Shown one piece after another: positions 8,330 to 17,507 of a stretch of DNA of 51,599 nt. Both the position numbers and the translations under genes were made by a program. Below the pieces are notes generated by a model. It was not told where the DNA came from and did no database searches. It saw only the letters and a list, made by a program, of their open reading frames with translations. Source of the DNA: a virus (Duplodnaviria > Caudoviricetes); the IMG/VR virus record IMGVR_UViG_3300048079_000024, positions 1 through 51,599 of that record. One strand, given 5' to 3'. The first letter of the stretch is position 1. Each line of letters begins with the position of its first letter.

Positions 8330-8788
8330 ATGGCAGGCTACAACACAAGCAGAGCAGCGTTCACACCTTCGGCCACGCAGAGCCTTCTGCTCGACGCCGA
8401 CACCGCTGGTGACTACGGGAAAGTCACGAAGGCCACATGGGGTGGGGAACTCGTCACCTCGACAGCGGCGCGGACACGATGGGTGCGGCCCTCGACTGCG
8501 GGATCTGGTATCTTCACCGCCGTCGTCATTCAAGGGAGCCATCCATCAAACACCGCTCGGCTGCGGACGGGAACCTACGCGACACCACCGACCATCCCGG
8601 CTGCGCCAGAAGCCCTTCTGGGTATTTCCTGGAACCAGCATGGCGGCGGTGGCATCTGGTCGGCCTCGCAGCCTGACGAGGAGTGGGCTTGTCTGAATGG
8701 CGTCGGCCAAGCGCAGATCTCGTGTGTGCAAGATGTGGGCGTCGCTGCAACATCCATGAGCACCAGCGTCCACTGGCGAGAAGACTAA
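8330..8788 (+). CDS. Putative virion protein
   Basis: GGAGGTGAG RBS; 152 aa, beta-rich. Confidence 0.7.
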   Translation: MAGYNTSRAAFTPSATQSLLLDADTAGDYGKVTKATWGGELVTSTAARTRWVRPSTAGSGIFTAVVIQGSHPSNTARLRTGTYATPPTIPAAPEALLGISWNQHGGGGIWSASQPDEEWACLNGVGQAQISCVQDVGVAATSMSTSVHWRED

Positions 8789-8793
8789 CCCTT

Positions 8794-8833
8794 TGTAGAG
8801 TCGGACGGGAGTTCAAGCCTCTCCCGACCTACA
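8794..8833 (+). ncRNA. T-loop minihelix-like intergenic hairpin
   Basis: TGTAG-a-GTCGG-ac-[GGGAG TTCAAGC CTCTC]-CCGAC-CTACA. Confidence 0.4.
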
Positions 8834-8846
8834 GGAAGCAAAGCAT

Positions 8847-10445
8847 GTGTCGTCATATAGCTATGCTGGAAACTATGGCTACAAATGGCGGCGATACCGA
8901 GAGGCGTCGTTCGTTCTCGGCCTCTCGAATAGTATCCCAGGCAAGATTGACGCTATCAGCCGGGGTCGATCCGGCCCCTCGCTGCCTTTGCGAAAGCCGT
9001 TCACTCCAGCATCAGCTATGTATGCTCCCCCACCTGAAGCAGCCGTGGTTGCCGATGATGTTGAGTTACGGCGATTCGCAACCGTGCAAGACCCACAGAG
9101 AGTTCGCCCGACTATTGGGTGGGTTCTCTCGCCCCAGGTTATCGAAGATGTCACGGTTGAGCTACGGCGATTCGCCGCTGGTCCAGATCGGTCACGGTCT
9201 ATCCTGCACGACAGATCTCAAATATACATTCCGCAGATTGCCGAAGAGTTCAGTGAGGATCTCCGACACTTCACTATTGCTGCTGACCGGCAGTTCGCTC
9301 GCCCTGTCATCGGATGGATACTTCCTCCGCAGCTTGCCGAAGCAGCCGCAGAGGTCGAGCGGCAGACATTCATTTCGTCCTCAGACTTGTCGCGTCGGGT
9401 CCTGCCGCTGCACTCGTGGGTTGTCGGCCCCCAGATCATCGAAGATCTCACCGAAGAACTACGGCGCTGGTTACTTCCCTCTGATAAGCAGCGTGGCATC
9501 CTCACCTACGACTCTCGCGCTTGGGCACCCCAAATTGAGGCAGTCGCTGCCGAGGAACTTGAGCTTCGTCCGTTCATCCTCACAGCAGACAGACAGCCGC
9601 GCATCCGATTACCCATTGCCTTTGTGCGAGGACATGCGGGGCCTGCTGGCGTCGTCGTCATGCCAGAGGAACTTCAGCGGTTCCTACTTGGGCAGGATCG
9701 CATCAAGGAGCCTTGGAAGCTATCGGGGATGTTCCCCTATGCTGTCGTTCCTGACGTGGTTCCAGAAGAGGCCATTATACGCTTCCTGCTCTCAGGACCG
9801 GCCAGGGCTCCCAGATATGCAGAGGATGTTTCCTGGTTCGCAGGCTCCCCACTCAGCGAGCCAGAGGATCTTGAGGTACTGCGGTTCCTTCTGTCTGCAC
9901 CACGCTCAACCGCATCTCGATTCACCGAGGCTGTCCAGGTACGACACCCTCAAATGCCGGAGACTCCGCTCCTGGAGGAGCTACGACGGTTCCTGGTTGG
10001 GCAGGATCGTCAGCCTGGGATTGAACCTCATCTTTGGGTGCTCGGTCCTCAAATCGCTGAGTCGGCGGATTTGCCAGAGCAGTTGCGTAAGTTTTTGTCA
10101 GGGAGCGACCGACAATTTGTTCGCCAAGTGCTCTCTTCAGTGCTCGGTATCCAGCGAGAAGAGGACATCTCTCCCGATCTACTGCGGTTCCTTGCTGGGA
10201 GCGACAGACAGCTCCACGTGCGCCCGGTCATTACATGGATGCTCCCGCCGCAGATTGGGGAAGTTGTCGAGATGCCCATTGAGCTGCTCAAGTTCGTTAC
10301 TGGTGCCGTTGCACTTCGCAGAGCGTTCTTCAATATCACCGGCATCTGGCTTCCAGAGGACTTCTTCTCAGCAGCCGCGCCGCCTGTCACTGTGCGGAAG
10401 GAATGGCGCAAACAGCAATCGTGGCACCGGCATAGGAGTCAATAA
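8847..10445 (+). CDS. Tandem-repeat protein (about 13 x ~33 aa)
   Basis: Recurring E-L-R-R-F-x4-D-R-x7-9-W-x2-3-P-Q-I unit. Confidence 0.8.
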   Translation: MSSYSYAGNYGYKWRRYREASFVLGLSNSIPGKIDAISRGRSGPSLPLRKPFTPASAMYAPPPEAAVVADDVELRRFATVQDPQRVRPTIGWVLSPQVIEDVTVELRRFAAGPDRSRSILHDRSQIYIPQIAEEFSEDLRHFTIAADRQFARPVIGWILPPQLAEAAAEVERQTFISSSDLSRRVLPLHSWVVGPQIIEDLTEELRRWLLPSDKQRGILTYDSRAWAPQIEAVAAEELELRPFILTADRQPRIRLPIAFVRGHAGPAGVVVMPEELQRFLLGQDRIKEPWKLSGMFPYAVVPDVVPEEAIIRFLLSGPARAPRYAEDVSWFAGSPLSEPEDLEVLRFLLSAPRSTASRFTEAVQVRHPQMPETPLLEELRRFLVGQDRQPGIEPHLWVLGPQIAESADLPEQLRKFLSGSDRQFVRQVLSSVLGIQREEDISPDLLRFLAGSDRQLHVRPVITWMLPPQIGEVVEMPIELLKFVTGAVALRRAFFNITGIWLPEDFFSAAAPPVTVRKEWRKQQSWHRHRSQ

Positions 10446-10990
10446 TGGCGAAAACACGTAAGGAACATTTGGAGGATCAGCAGAAGCTCGAAGAGTCGTG
10501 GCGGGCAGTCCATAACCTCTGCGCGGGGTTCGAGGGCATGCTCGATCTCCGGGATGCGCTCGTGGTCGCCCTAGAGGAGAGCAAGACCCGCATCGAACGG
10601 TTGGCTGAGCTTGACAAGTTGATCGAGTCAGCTCAGACTGAAGTAGGCCGGTTGTCCGATCAGAAGAAGAAACTCGATGTTGATGTGAAGAAGGCCGGTG
10701 AGCGTGTCGAGCAGACAGAGCGGCAGGCTCACGACAAAGTGAGGGCTGAACTGGACAAAGATCTCGCTGGCGTCAAGACTGCCCTAGATGCGGCTCGGAG
10801 TGAATTGAGGGCATTCGAGGAGAGTGCAGCAATCAAGAAGGTTGAATTGAACCGCGACTTCGATACGAGAAAGGCTGAGTTCAACAGTGCGCTCGTCGAG
10901 CTGAGCAAGGATGCCGCCAACAAGCGTCGAGAGCTGGATCAAGTCACGCAGCAGCTTCGTGCGCTTCGCTCTGGCATTCCTGCTGCATAG
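10445..10990 (+). CDS. Long coiled-coil protein
   Basis: TAATG overlap; E/K/L/A heptad composition. Confidence 0.8.
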   Translation: MAKTRKEHLEDQQKLEESWRAVHNLCAGFEGMLDLRDALVVALEESKTRIERLAELDKLIESAQTEVGRLSDQKKKLDVDVKKAGERVEQTERQAHDKVRAELDKDLAGVKTALDAARSELRAFEESAAIKKVELNRDFDTRKAEFNSALVELSKDAANKRRELDQVTQQLRALRSGIPAA

Positions 10991-10999
10991 GAGGGGACG

Positions 11000-11281
11000 A
11001 TGGCGAACGATCTGACGAAGAATCCTTGGAGGGTGGACACCCCAGGAGCGTCTGTGCTCGCTGCCGATCGTATCTATGTCAAGGGTGTACGCTGGGTCGG
11101 GGCGACCACGGCGGGGCACGAAGCGATCATCCAGGATAAGAACAACCGTAACGTGTGGCGCTCTCTCGCAGCCGGGGCGAACAACGTCGAGTCCGACTTG
11201 ATCGAGAGCATCCCCGGCTACTGGGATGGCATGAAAGTGCCCACGCTCGGAAGTGGCGAGCTGTATATCACTTACGACTAG
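11000..11281 (+). CDS. Hypothetical (probable virion) protein
   Basis: AGGAGG RBS; 93 aa. Confidence 0.75.
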   Translation: MANDLTKNPWRVDTPGASVLAADRIYVKGVRWVGATTAGHEAIIQDKNNRNVWRSLAAGANNVESDLIESIPGYWDGMKVPTLGSGELYITYD

Positions 11282-11290
11282 GAGGCTGTG

Positions 11291-11446
11291 ATGCCGAAGA
11301 ATGTTGGGTACGGCTCGGACACTGCGTTCCCGCGCAAGAGCCCAACGATCCACGAGCAGACGCAATCGGTACGGATGAAGCGTGCCATCGGGAGCCAGAA
11401 TCGCAAGCCTGCGGGGAGCACGAAGACTCCTCGCAAGGCCATGTAA
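11291..11446 (+). CDS. 51-aa basic protein
   Basis: AGGAGG RBS; MPKNVGYGSDTAFPRKSP... Confidence 0.65.
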   Translation: MPKNVGYGSDTAFPRKSPTIHEQTQSVRMKRAIGSQNRKPAGSTKTPRKAM

Positions 11447-11465
11447 TGAAGGGAGGTGAGGCTGA

Positions 11466-11666
11466 ATGGATTGGATCACGTACATTCTCACGGGGGGATT
11501 CCTCAAGGGCTACCGGACGCAGATTGCCGCTGCGCTCTTGGTCCTCAACGTGGTTGCTGGGTATCTCATGGGCGACATTGGTTTTGTTGAGGCTCTCAAG
11601 CAAAGCTGGGAGCAGATCGTGATCGCCTTTGGGCTCCTGGCTTCGTCTGTCCACAAGGTGAAGTAG
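11466..11666 (+). CDS. Putative holin
   Basis: 66 aa, two TM segments, LKGYRT motif, upstream of the spanins. Confidence 0.6.
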   Translation: MDWITYILTGGFLKGYRTQIAAALLVLNVVAGYLMGDIGFVEALKQSWEQIVIAFGLLASSVHKVK

Positions 11667-11719
11667 GCAAGGTGGCAGCGGGGCTGCCAGCCCCGTGGAC
11701 TCATAGGAGCGTGTGAACA

Positions 11720-12010
11720 ATGGACCCGATCACGGCGATTCTCGGCTCGAAGCTGATGATGTATATGATCTTCGGTACGTTCGCCGTACTGACTCTCTAT
11801 GGCACGTACCGTCTCATCCGACGTGCTGGACGCAAAGATGCCGAGAACGCCGCCATCATCGAGGGGCAGGATAAGGCCCTGCGTGGCTCCGAGGCTGCTC
11901 GGAGGATAGAGGGTGAAGGTGCGAAGGTCAGAGATCAGATTACTGGGGGCAGTCCTTCTCCTCATGTCAAGCTGCGCGACAGCAAGGTTGACAAAACTCC
12001 CCCTGCCTGA
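11720..12010 (+). CDS. Putative i-spanin (Rz-like)
   Basis: N-terminal TM plus helical periplasmic part; overlapped by a lipoprotein ORF. Confidence 0.6.
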   Translation: MDPITAILGSKLMMYMIFGTFAVLTLYGTYRLIRRAGRKDAENAAIIEGQDKALRGSEAARRIEGEGAKVRDQITGGSPSPHVKLRDSKVDKTPPA

Positions 12011-12194
12011 GTGTCCGCAGGATCGGGTGGAGCTGTCGCACGGCTGGGTCATGGGGACAGGGTTGATCCAGAATGGTGTGCAGGGAATATGGGGGATGAC
12101 TGTGCAGGATCGCAAGGATTATGAGCGGTGGGTGCAGGACTGGAAGACGTGCGCTCAGGCTAGAGGAGTTGTCATAGAGGAGGCAAATCGCTGA
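11913..12194 (+). CDS. Putative o-spanin (Rz1-like lipoprotein)
   Basis: LLGAVLLLMSSC lipobox-like sequence, Pro-rich LPLPECP; overlaps the 3' end of the i-spanin. Confidence 0.6.
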   Translation: MKVRRSEIRLLGAVLLLMSSCATARLTKLPLPECPQDRVELSHGWVMGTGLIQNGVQGIWGMTVQDRKDYERWVQDWKTCAQARGVVIEEANR

Positions 12195-12574
12195 TGCCAT
12201 CCATCCGCATCGCACTCAGCGTCGAGGTTGACGGTCAGCCCGTGCCAGGGACGCCGATCGTCCGTCGTCTCACAGCGGATGAGGTGCAGCAGTTCGATTT
12301 CGAGAAAGCGGGCGATGCCGATGCTGTCACCTTTACGGCGCTTCCCGCCGATCAGCTCGCCGAGATCCAGATGCTTCTCTTGCAGTCCGACAAACTCATT
12401 ACCTTGCGTCTCCAGAACCAGTCTGACGCAGGATTGAAGATCAACCCTGGTGGTGTGGTCTTCTTACTCAACGTAGACATCGACGCAGGTGCGGGGGCTC
12501 TCAACGCGAAGATCAACAGCAATGTGGCAGCAGGCATCCTTGCAGCCATTCGCGGCCTCGCGGGAGGCACCTGA
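12194..12574 (+). CDS. Hypothetical (probable virion) protein
   Basis: TGATG-coupled on both sides. Confidence 0.75.
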   Translation: MPSIRIALSVEVDGQPVPGTPIVRRLTADEVQQFDFEKAGDADAVTFTALPADQLAEIQMLLLQSDKLITLRLQNQSDAGLKINPGGVVFLLNVDIDAGAGALNAKINSNVAAGILAAIRGLAGGT

Positions 12575-14439
12575 TGCCTCGATACCTGGATTACTTCGAG
12601 CGACCGGAGCCCCTCGTTCTCAACGACGCGCAGGTGGTCTCGTTGAAGCAGTGGCTCATGGATGAGGTGGAGGCTGCGGTCTCTGCACGCATGGAGCAAG
12701 AGCGTGTCTGGCGTGACGTGCTCCGTATGTACGAGGGTGTCCCCAAAACTGAGGTGCGGAACGTCCCGATCGAGAATGCCCCGAACATCGAAGTCACGCT
12801 CGGGGCGATCGCCTCCGATGCCATCTACGCACAGGCTGTAGACACCCTCTTCAACATCTCGCCGCTCATCACTGTGCGGGCCACGGACAGGATGAATGTT
12901 CCGTCCGCCAAGGCGATGCAACGATGGGCGAATTGGGTCGCGGACAACCAATCGAAGCTCCGCCCGGCAGCCGAGTCCACCGTGCTCGATACTGTGCAGC
13001 TCGGCACGGGGGTCTACTACATCCCGTGGGTGGAATGGACGAAGAAGACCCGGATCGCCCGCGTGCTCAGTCGCGGTCCTGTCATCTTCAGCATCCCGCC
13101 CGAAGATGTCTTCGTACCGGGGGGTGCGAACGTCGATGTGCAGACGGCTCAGTGGGTCGGTGTACGCTTCTGGCTGTCTGAAGGCGAGTTTGCCTCGCGG
13201 GCCAAGCGTCACGAATGGAACACAGACGGCGTGATGCCTGCGGGCACCGTAGGCTGGGTCCGCTCGCACCGGGAGATGCTGGGGCGCACCTCATCGAGCC
13301 GCACGATTGGATTCAACTATGAAACCTTCGACATCTACGCACTCTTCGATATTGACGACGATGGCGAGGAGGAAGATCTGCTCATTCACTGGGATCGCTC
13401 CTCGCACAATATCATGGGTGTCTGGTACAACCCCTTCGACAACCGCCCGCTGGAGCCCATGCGCTACCAGTTGCGCCCGCACCTCTTCTACGGCATCGGT
13501 GTGATCGAGATGGTCAAGCCATTCGAGGAAGAGGCCACAGAGATCCACAATTACCGCATGCTCAACATGCTCCTGGCGAACTGTCGCTTCTGGAAGGGCC
13601 GCACCGGGACCACCGCAGATGGCGAGCTGCGGATTTGGCCTGGCAAATACTTAGAGATGCAAGATCCTGAAGATCTCAAAGGCGAAGCAATGGCCGAGGT
13701 CTATCCGTCCATCTTCCAATCTGAGTCCATCCCGATCGCGCTCGCTGAACGCCGCACAGGTGTCAACGAGATGTCGTATCCGCGTCCGTCCCAGGTGCTC
13801 GGCTCGCGCACGCCGGGGATCACCGCGCTCTCCATGATCCAGATGACCAATCGCCGGTTCACCCCTGCCTTCGATCAGATCCGCATTGGGTCGGCGAAGG
13901 CGATCATCCAGTGTATGTATCGTTATCAAGAACGCCTGCTCGCCAACGATACTCGGGTCGAGGAGAACATCCGTTCCGTGTTGGGCACACGAGATGGTGC
14001 CCTCGTCATCAATGCTTTGAAACGCCCCGACTTCGATGAAGCTGTCGCTATCGAGATGACGGCTTCCGGGGCCACGACAAACCGGGATGCTGATCGCCAG
14101 AATGCGATCATGCTCGTGAACATCCTATCGAGCTACTACCAGAAGACACTCGAACTCGTGATGATCGCCTCAAACCCGCAGACACCCCCTGAAGTTCGGG
14201 ATGTTGCTACGAAGATTTCAGGCGCGGCTTCTGAGATCATCGAGCGGACCATCCGCACGTTCGATCAAGTGCGCGATCCGCAGACGTTCATTATCGATGT
14301 GGAGCGGGAGATAGATGCGCTGCCCGGCCTGGACCAAGAGGGGGTGTCAGGATTGACAGGACTCGTCTCCCGTTTTGCACAAATGACAGCAGGGGAGGGG
14401 AATGGTGGCGCTATGGGCGGAGTACCTCAACCGGGATAA
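12574..14439 (+). CDS. Portal protein
   Basis: 621 aa; D.VQLGTG, P.D.F, PHLFYG.G, ERRTGV and TA motifs of podovirus-type portals; precedes scaffold and capsid genes. Confidence 0.85.
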   Translation: MPRYLDYFERPEPLVLNDAQVVSLKQWLMDEVEAAVSARMEQERVWRDVLRMYEGVPKTEVRNVPIENAPNIEVTLGAIASDAIYAQAVDTLFNISPLITVRATDRMNVPSAKAMQRWANWVADNQSKLRPAAESTVLDTVQLGTGVYYIPWVEWTKKTRIARVLSRGPVIFSIPPEDVFVPGGANVDVQTAQWVGVRFWLSEGEFASRAKRHEWNTDGVMPAGTVGWVRSHREMLGRTSSSRTIGFNYETFDIYALFDIDDDGEEEDLLIHWDRSSHNIMGVWYNPFDNRPLEPMRYQLRPHLFYGIGVIEMVKPFEEEATEIHNYRMLNMLLANCRFWKGRTGTTADGELRIWPGKYLEMQDPEDLKGEAMAEVYPSIFQSESIPIALAERRTGVNEMSYPRPSQVLGSRTPGITALSMIQMTNRRFTPAFDQIRIGSAKAIIQCMYRYQERLLANDTRVEENIRSVLGTRDGALVINALKRPDFDEAVAIEMTASGATTNRDADRQNAIMLVNILSSYYQKTLELVMIASNPQTPPEVRDVATKISGAASEIIERTIRTFDQVRDPQTFIIDVEREIDALPGLDQEGVSGLTGLVSRFAQMTAGEGNGGAMGGVPQPG

Positions 14440-14641
14440 TACGGCACTCAGTGACTTCTTGGCTGAATTGAACAAGTTGGAGTTGGAACAGGTCGTGAAG
14501 ATGATGAGTGACCCGTGGGAGATGGTCCTGGAAGCGCGCGGCGCAAAGAAAATGCTTGCTTTGTTGCAGCGCATGGCTACACTGAAGCAAAGGGAGGAGG
14601 AGTCTCATGCCAGATATAGTAGACAAGCCCAAGGAAGGTGA
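14402..14641 (+). CDS. Small helical protein following portal
   Basis: GGAGG RBS; typical position between portal and scaffold. Confidence 0.7.
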   Translation: MVALWAEYLNRDNTALSDFLAELNKLELEQVVKMMSDPWEMVLEARGAKKMLALLQRMATLKQREEESHARYSRQAQGR

Positions 14642-15386
14642 GGGAGCGCCAGTAGTGGCACCCGTTGTGAGTCCAGATGTCACTGCCCTCCAGACCACAC
14701 TGGCCGGGCTCGCAAACCAGATGCAGTCGCTCCAGACGGGGTTCAATGCACTCGTGGCTGATCGGCAAGCGGCTGCGGCCCGTGGCGAACCTATCAAGCT
14801 GGCCCCCCGCGTGACGGATGAAGAGATCAACGACGCCTACGCGCAGGGGAACGCGGCTCCGGTGCTCCGCCGATTGCTCGGAGAGGCTGTGGAGGATGTT
14901 GTGACGAAGCACGTCACCCCACTCCAGCAAATCGGCGTGCGGTCTATCTCGGGGCTGACTAAGGAACTCACCAAAGGGCAGATGAAGTATTACGAGCGGT
15001 TCAAGGACGAGATCGACAAATACATCGACCAGATGGACCCCGAGGCGCGGATGAACCCGGCAGCCCTGAAGATCGCGCACGATGTCGTCGTGGGCCAGAA
15101 GACAGATCTGCTCGTGAAGGAAGCCGTCGAGGCGGGTCTGCGTCAGGCAGCCGAGGGTGCTGGCGGGAAGCCAAATCTCCCTGGCTCCACGGTGAAGCGT
15201 GGCGAGGGCGAGGGGAAGATCCCCACCGCTGAGGAACTCTTTGGCAAGGATTCCGCAAACGCGCTGCTGTCGAAGGGTGTGACCGAAGACGAGTTCGCCA
15301 AGAGCCTCGGTCATGCAGATTGGCCCGCGTACGTGAAGCTGTATAACGAACAGGAGGCTGCGCTTTCAGGAGGGAAAGCGGCATGA
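14607..15386 (+). CDS. Putative capsid scaffolding protein
   Basis: Helical, charged, 259 aa; between portal and MCP. Confidence 0.65.
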   Translation: MPDIVDKPKEGEGAPVVAPVVSPDVTALQTTLAGLANQMQSLQTGFNALVADRQAAAARGEPIKLAPRVTDEEINDAYAQGNAAPVLRRLLGEAVEDVVTKHVTPLQQIGVRSISGLTKELTKGQMKYYERFKDEIDKYIDQMDPEARMNPAALKIAHDVVVGQKTDLLVKEAVEAGLRQAAEGAGGKPNLPGSTVKRGEGEGKIPTAEELFGKDSANALLSKGVTEDEFAKSLGHADWPAYVKLYNEQEAALSGGKAA

Positions 15387-16024
15387 CGAAGATCATCAAG
15401 AACCCGAACCAGCGTCCACTCCCTCCGCCTGGGGCTGCTCGCCAGGAGGAGTTATCCCGTCGTACGGACGAATTAGAGCAGCTCGCCGAAGAGATGGGCG
15501 AGAATGTGGGCGTGGTTGACCCCAGCGCATTCGAGGTAGACCCCGCTCTCTCTGCCCGGTTCAATGAGCTGGAGGTCTCAAACCGCGATTCCGCGTACGC
15601 CTACTGCTGGGTTTTCACCGGGCAGCTTGGCCGCATGGTCAAGATGAAGACAGTCGAGGGTTGGGAAGTTGTGTCCGGCGACATGGAAGAAGCTGCGGAC
15701 CTGAAGCAGCCAGATGGCACCCGTCGCCTGGGTGATGTGCTGCTCATGCGGATTCGCAAGGACCGGAAGCTCCTGCTCGATCGCAAGGACCGTGAAAGAC
15801 GCGATGCCCAACAGGGGGCGGTGACGGCGCAGCTTGAAGAGATGGGCGCGCAAGCTGCCAAGCATGGGGTCATCGTGCATACGGGTCAGAGTGTCAGCCC
15901 TGACATGCTGAAGAGAATGGAAGGCCGTGCGTCGGCACGTCGCGCAGCGGTGGGCGCTGTGGACCAGATGATCCGCAAAGGTCGTGTGCCGGGTGTTCCC
16001 ACGCCCGGTCGAAGAGGGAGGTGA
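15383..16024 (+). CDS. Head-module hypothetical protein
   Basis: ATGA overlap; Y.W...GWEVV...GDVLLMRI pattern common upstream of capsid genes. Confidence 0.7.
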   Translation: MTKIIKNPNQRPLPPPGAARQEELSRRTDELEQLAEEMGENVGVVDPSAFEVDPALSARFNELEVSNRDSAYAYCWVFTGQLGRMVKMKTVEGWEVVSGDMEEAADLKQPDGTRRLGDVLLMRIRKDRKLLLDRKDRERRDAQQGAVTAQLEEMGAQAAKHGVIVHTGQSVSPDMLKRMEGRASARRAAVGAVDQMIRKGRVPGVPTPGRRGR

Positions 16025-16029
16025 GATAA

Positions 16030-16524
16030 ATGGCAGTCGGTACGCTTCTGTCCAACGCATTCGGGATTGAGCCGCAACAGCGTGAGGGATTGTATTCCAC
16101 CCCTATGCGCGAGGCTACGGAGGGAGCCACGCAGGTGTTCAAGAAAGGGGCGCTTCTCATCAATTCGGCTGGGCATCTCATCGTTGCCGCTGCGGACGCG
16201 GTTGCAGGCATCGTCGGCGTCGCTGCTGAAGCTGGGCACAACGCGGGTGCAGGCGTGAAGACAGTCAAGTATTACCCCGCACACCCGCACGTGGTCTTCG
16301 AGGCAACTCTGGAGGACCAGCTCAACGAGAACCATGTGCTCGTCGCCGCGAATCGCTGGGCGGCATTTGCAATCCAGCTAGACACACCGGGGAACTTCTA
16401 CCTCGACGAGAACGATACGACCAACGTGGCCGCGCGCGTCGTGGCATTCAAGGATGCTCTCGGGACGACTCGGGCGCGCGTGCTGTTTCAATTCCTGATC
16501 GACACGACCATCTACGGTACATAA
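16030..16524 (+). CDS. Putative capsid decoration/cement protein
   Basis: 164 aa directly before MCP; F.KG.L...IVGVA.E pattern. Confidence 0.6.
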   Translation: MAVGTLLSNAFGIEPQQREGLYSTPMREATEGATQVFKKGALLINSAGHLIVAAADAVAGIVGVAAEAGHNAGAGVKTVKYYPAHPHVVFEATLEDQLNENHVLVAANRWAAFAIQLDTPGNFYLDENDTTNVAARVVAFKDALGTTRARVLFQFLIDTTIYGT

Positions 16525-16543
16525 AAGGAGGTGAGCAGACACT

Positions 16544-17440
16544 ATGCCAATCAATAGGGGAGGTTTTGCACCGCTCCTTGCCGTCGATCTGCGCCAGGTC
16601 TACATCGAGACCGGCAAGGAACGTCCGTTGGAATACCCGCTCCTGTTCAACGTGGACAACATGGAGTGGAACCCGGTCAAGGATCAGCAAATCGCAGGGC
16701 TCGGCACCATGCCCACGAAGCCAGAGGGCGAGCAGTTCAAGCTCGACGAGCCCGTGCTCGGCGGGACGAAGGAATACCTCGCGGACCCGTTCGGCCTTGC
16801 CACCGAAGTTACCTGGGAGATGTGGCGTGACGAGATGTACGGGATCATGCGGGAACTCGTCGCCGAAATGCAGCGGGCCTCACGGAACCGGCAAGAGGTC
16901 GATGCGTGGTCCGTGGTCAACAATGGCTTCGACAACGCTTTCCCCGGTTTCGATGGGGTGTCCCTGTTCAACACGGCGCACCCTGGCATCCGTGAGGGTG
17001 CTCAGGCCAACCGCCCATCGCCGGATGTGGGCTTCAGCATCACCGGCATCCAGAACTCGATCACCCGGTTCGAGGGGATGGTCAACTCGCGGGGTATGCC
17101 TCGGTTGATGACCCCAGTGATGGCTGTCATCACTGCGACCAACAAGTACGCGGCCCGCGAGATCCTGGGGTCGAGCGGAAAACCGTTCACGGCGGATAAC
17201 GAGATCAACGCGCTCGTGCAAGAGGATCTGTCGTGGATGATTGCCCACTACATCACCACACCGACCAACTGGTTCCTCGCCGCAGCGAAGGGCATCCACG
17301 ACCTCAACTTCCTGTGGCGGGATATGCCCATCTTCGACGCCTTCGATGACCCGTGGACGAAGAATGCTGTGTTCACGAGTTATCAGCGTCACACCAAGGG
17401 CTTCGGGTCATACCGAGGCGTGGATGGCTCAACCGGCTAA
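16544..17440 (+). CDS. Major capsid protein (Mu gpT-like HK97 fold)
   Basis: KPEGE, FGLA..VTWEM..D, DGVSLFNTAHP, DNEIN, ITTPTNWFL, G..G.TG C-terminus; strong RBS. Confidence 0.85.
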   Translation: MPINRGGFAPLLAVDLRQVYIETGKERPLEYPLLFNVDNMEWNPVKDQQIAGLGTMPTKPEGEQFKLDEPVLGGTKEYLADPFGLATEVTWEMWRDEMYGIMRELVAEMQRASRNRQEVDAWSVVNNGFDNAFPGFDGVSLFNTAHPGIREGAQANRPSPDVGFSITGIQNSITRFEGMVNSRGMPRLMTPVMAVITATNKYAAREILGSSGKPFTADNEINALVQEDLSWMIAHYITTPTNWFLAAAKGIHDLNFLWRDMPIFDAFDDPWTKNAVFTSYQRHTKGFGSYRGVDGSTG

Positions 17441-17445
17441 CTGGC

Positions 17446-17502
17446 GTCTAGTGCCACACGGAGGATCACCGGCAGACTAGACCTGCTACGCCTCCGAGGA
17501 GG
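17446..17502 (+). promoter_or_regulatory. Structured intergenic RNA element, possible pseudoknot controlling the downstream RBS
   Basis: Stem GTCTAGT-GCC/GGC-AG-ACTAGAC; loop CGGAGG is complementary to CCTCCG next to the SD. Confidence 0.45.
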
Positions 17503-17507
17503 GTCAC

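Noticed and set aside
9050-10350. Diversity-generating retroelement or DNA-level repeat array
   Set aside because: Repeats are degenerate at the protein level, and no reverse transcriptase or TR/VR pair was seen.
11673-11696. Terminator after the holin
   Set aside because: GC hairpins are present (CGGGGCT/AGCCCCG) but there is no U-tract.
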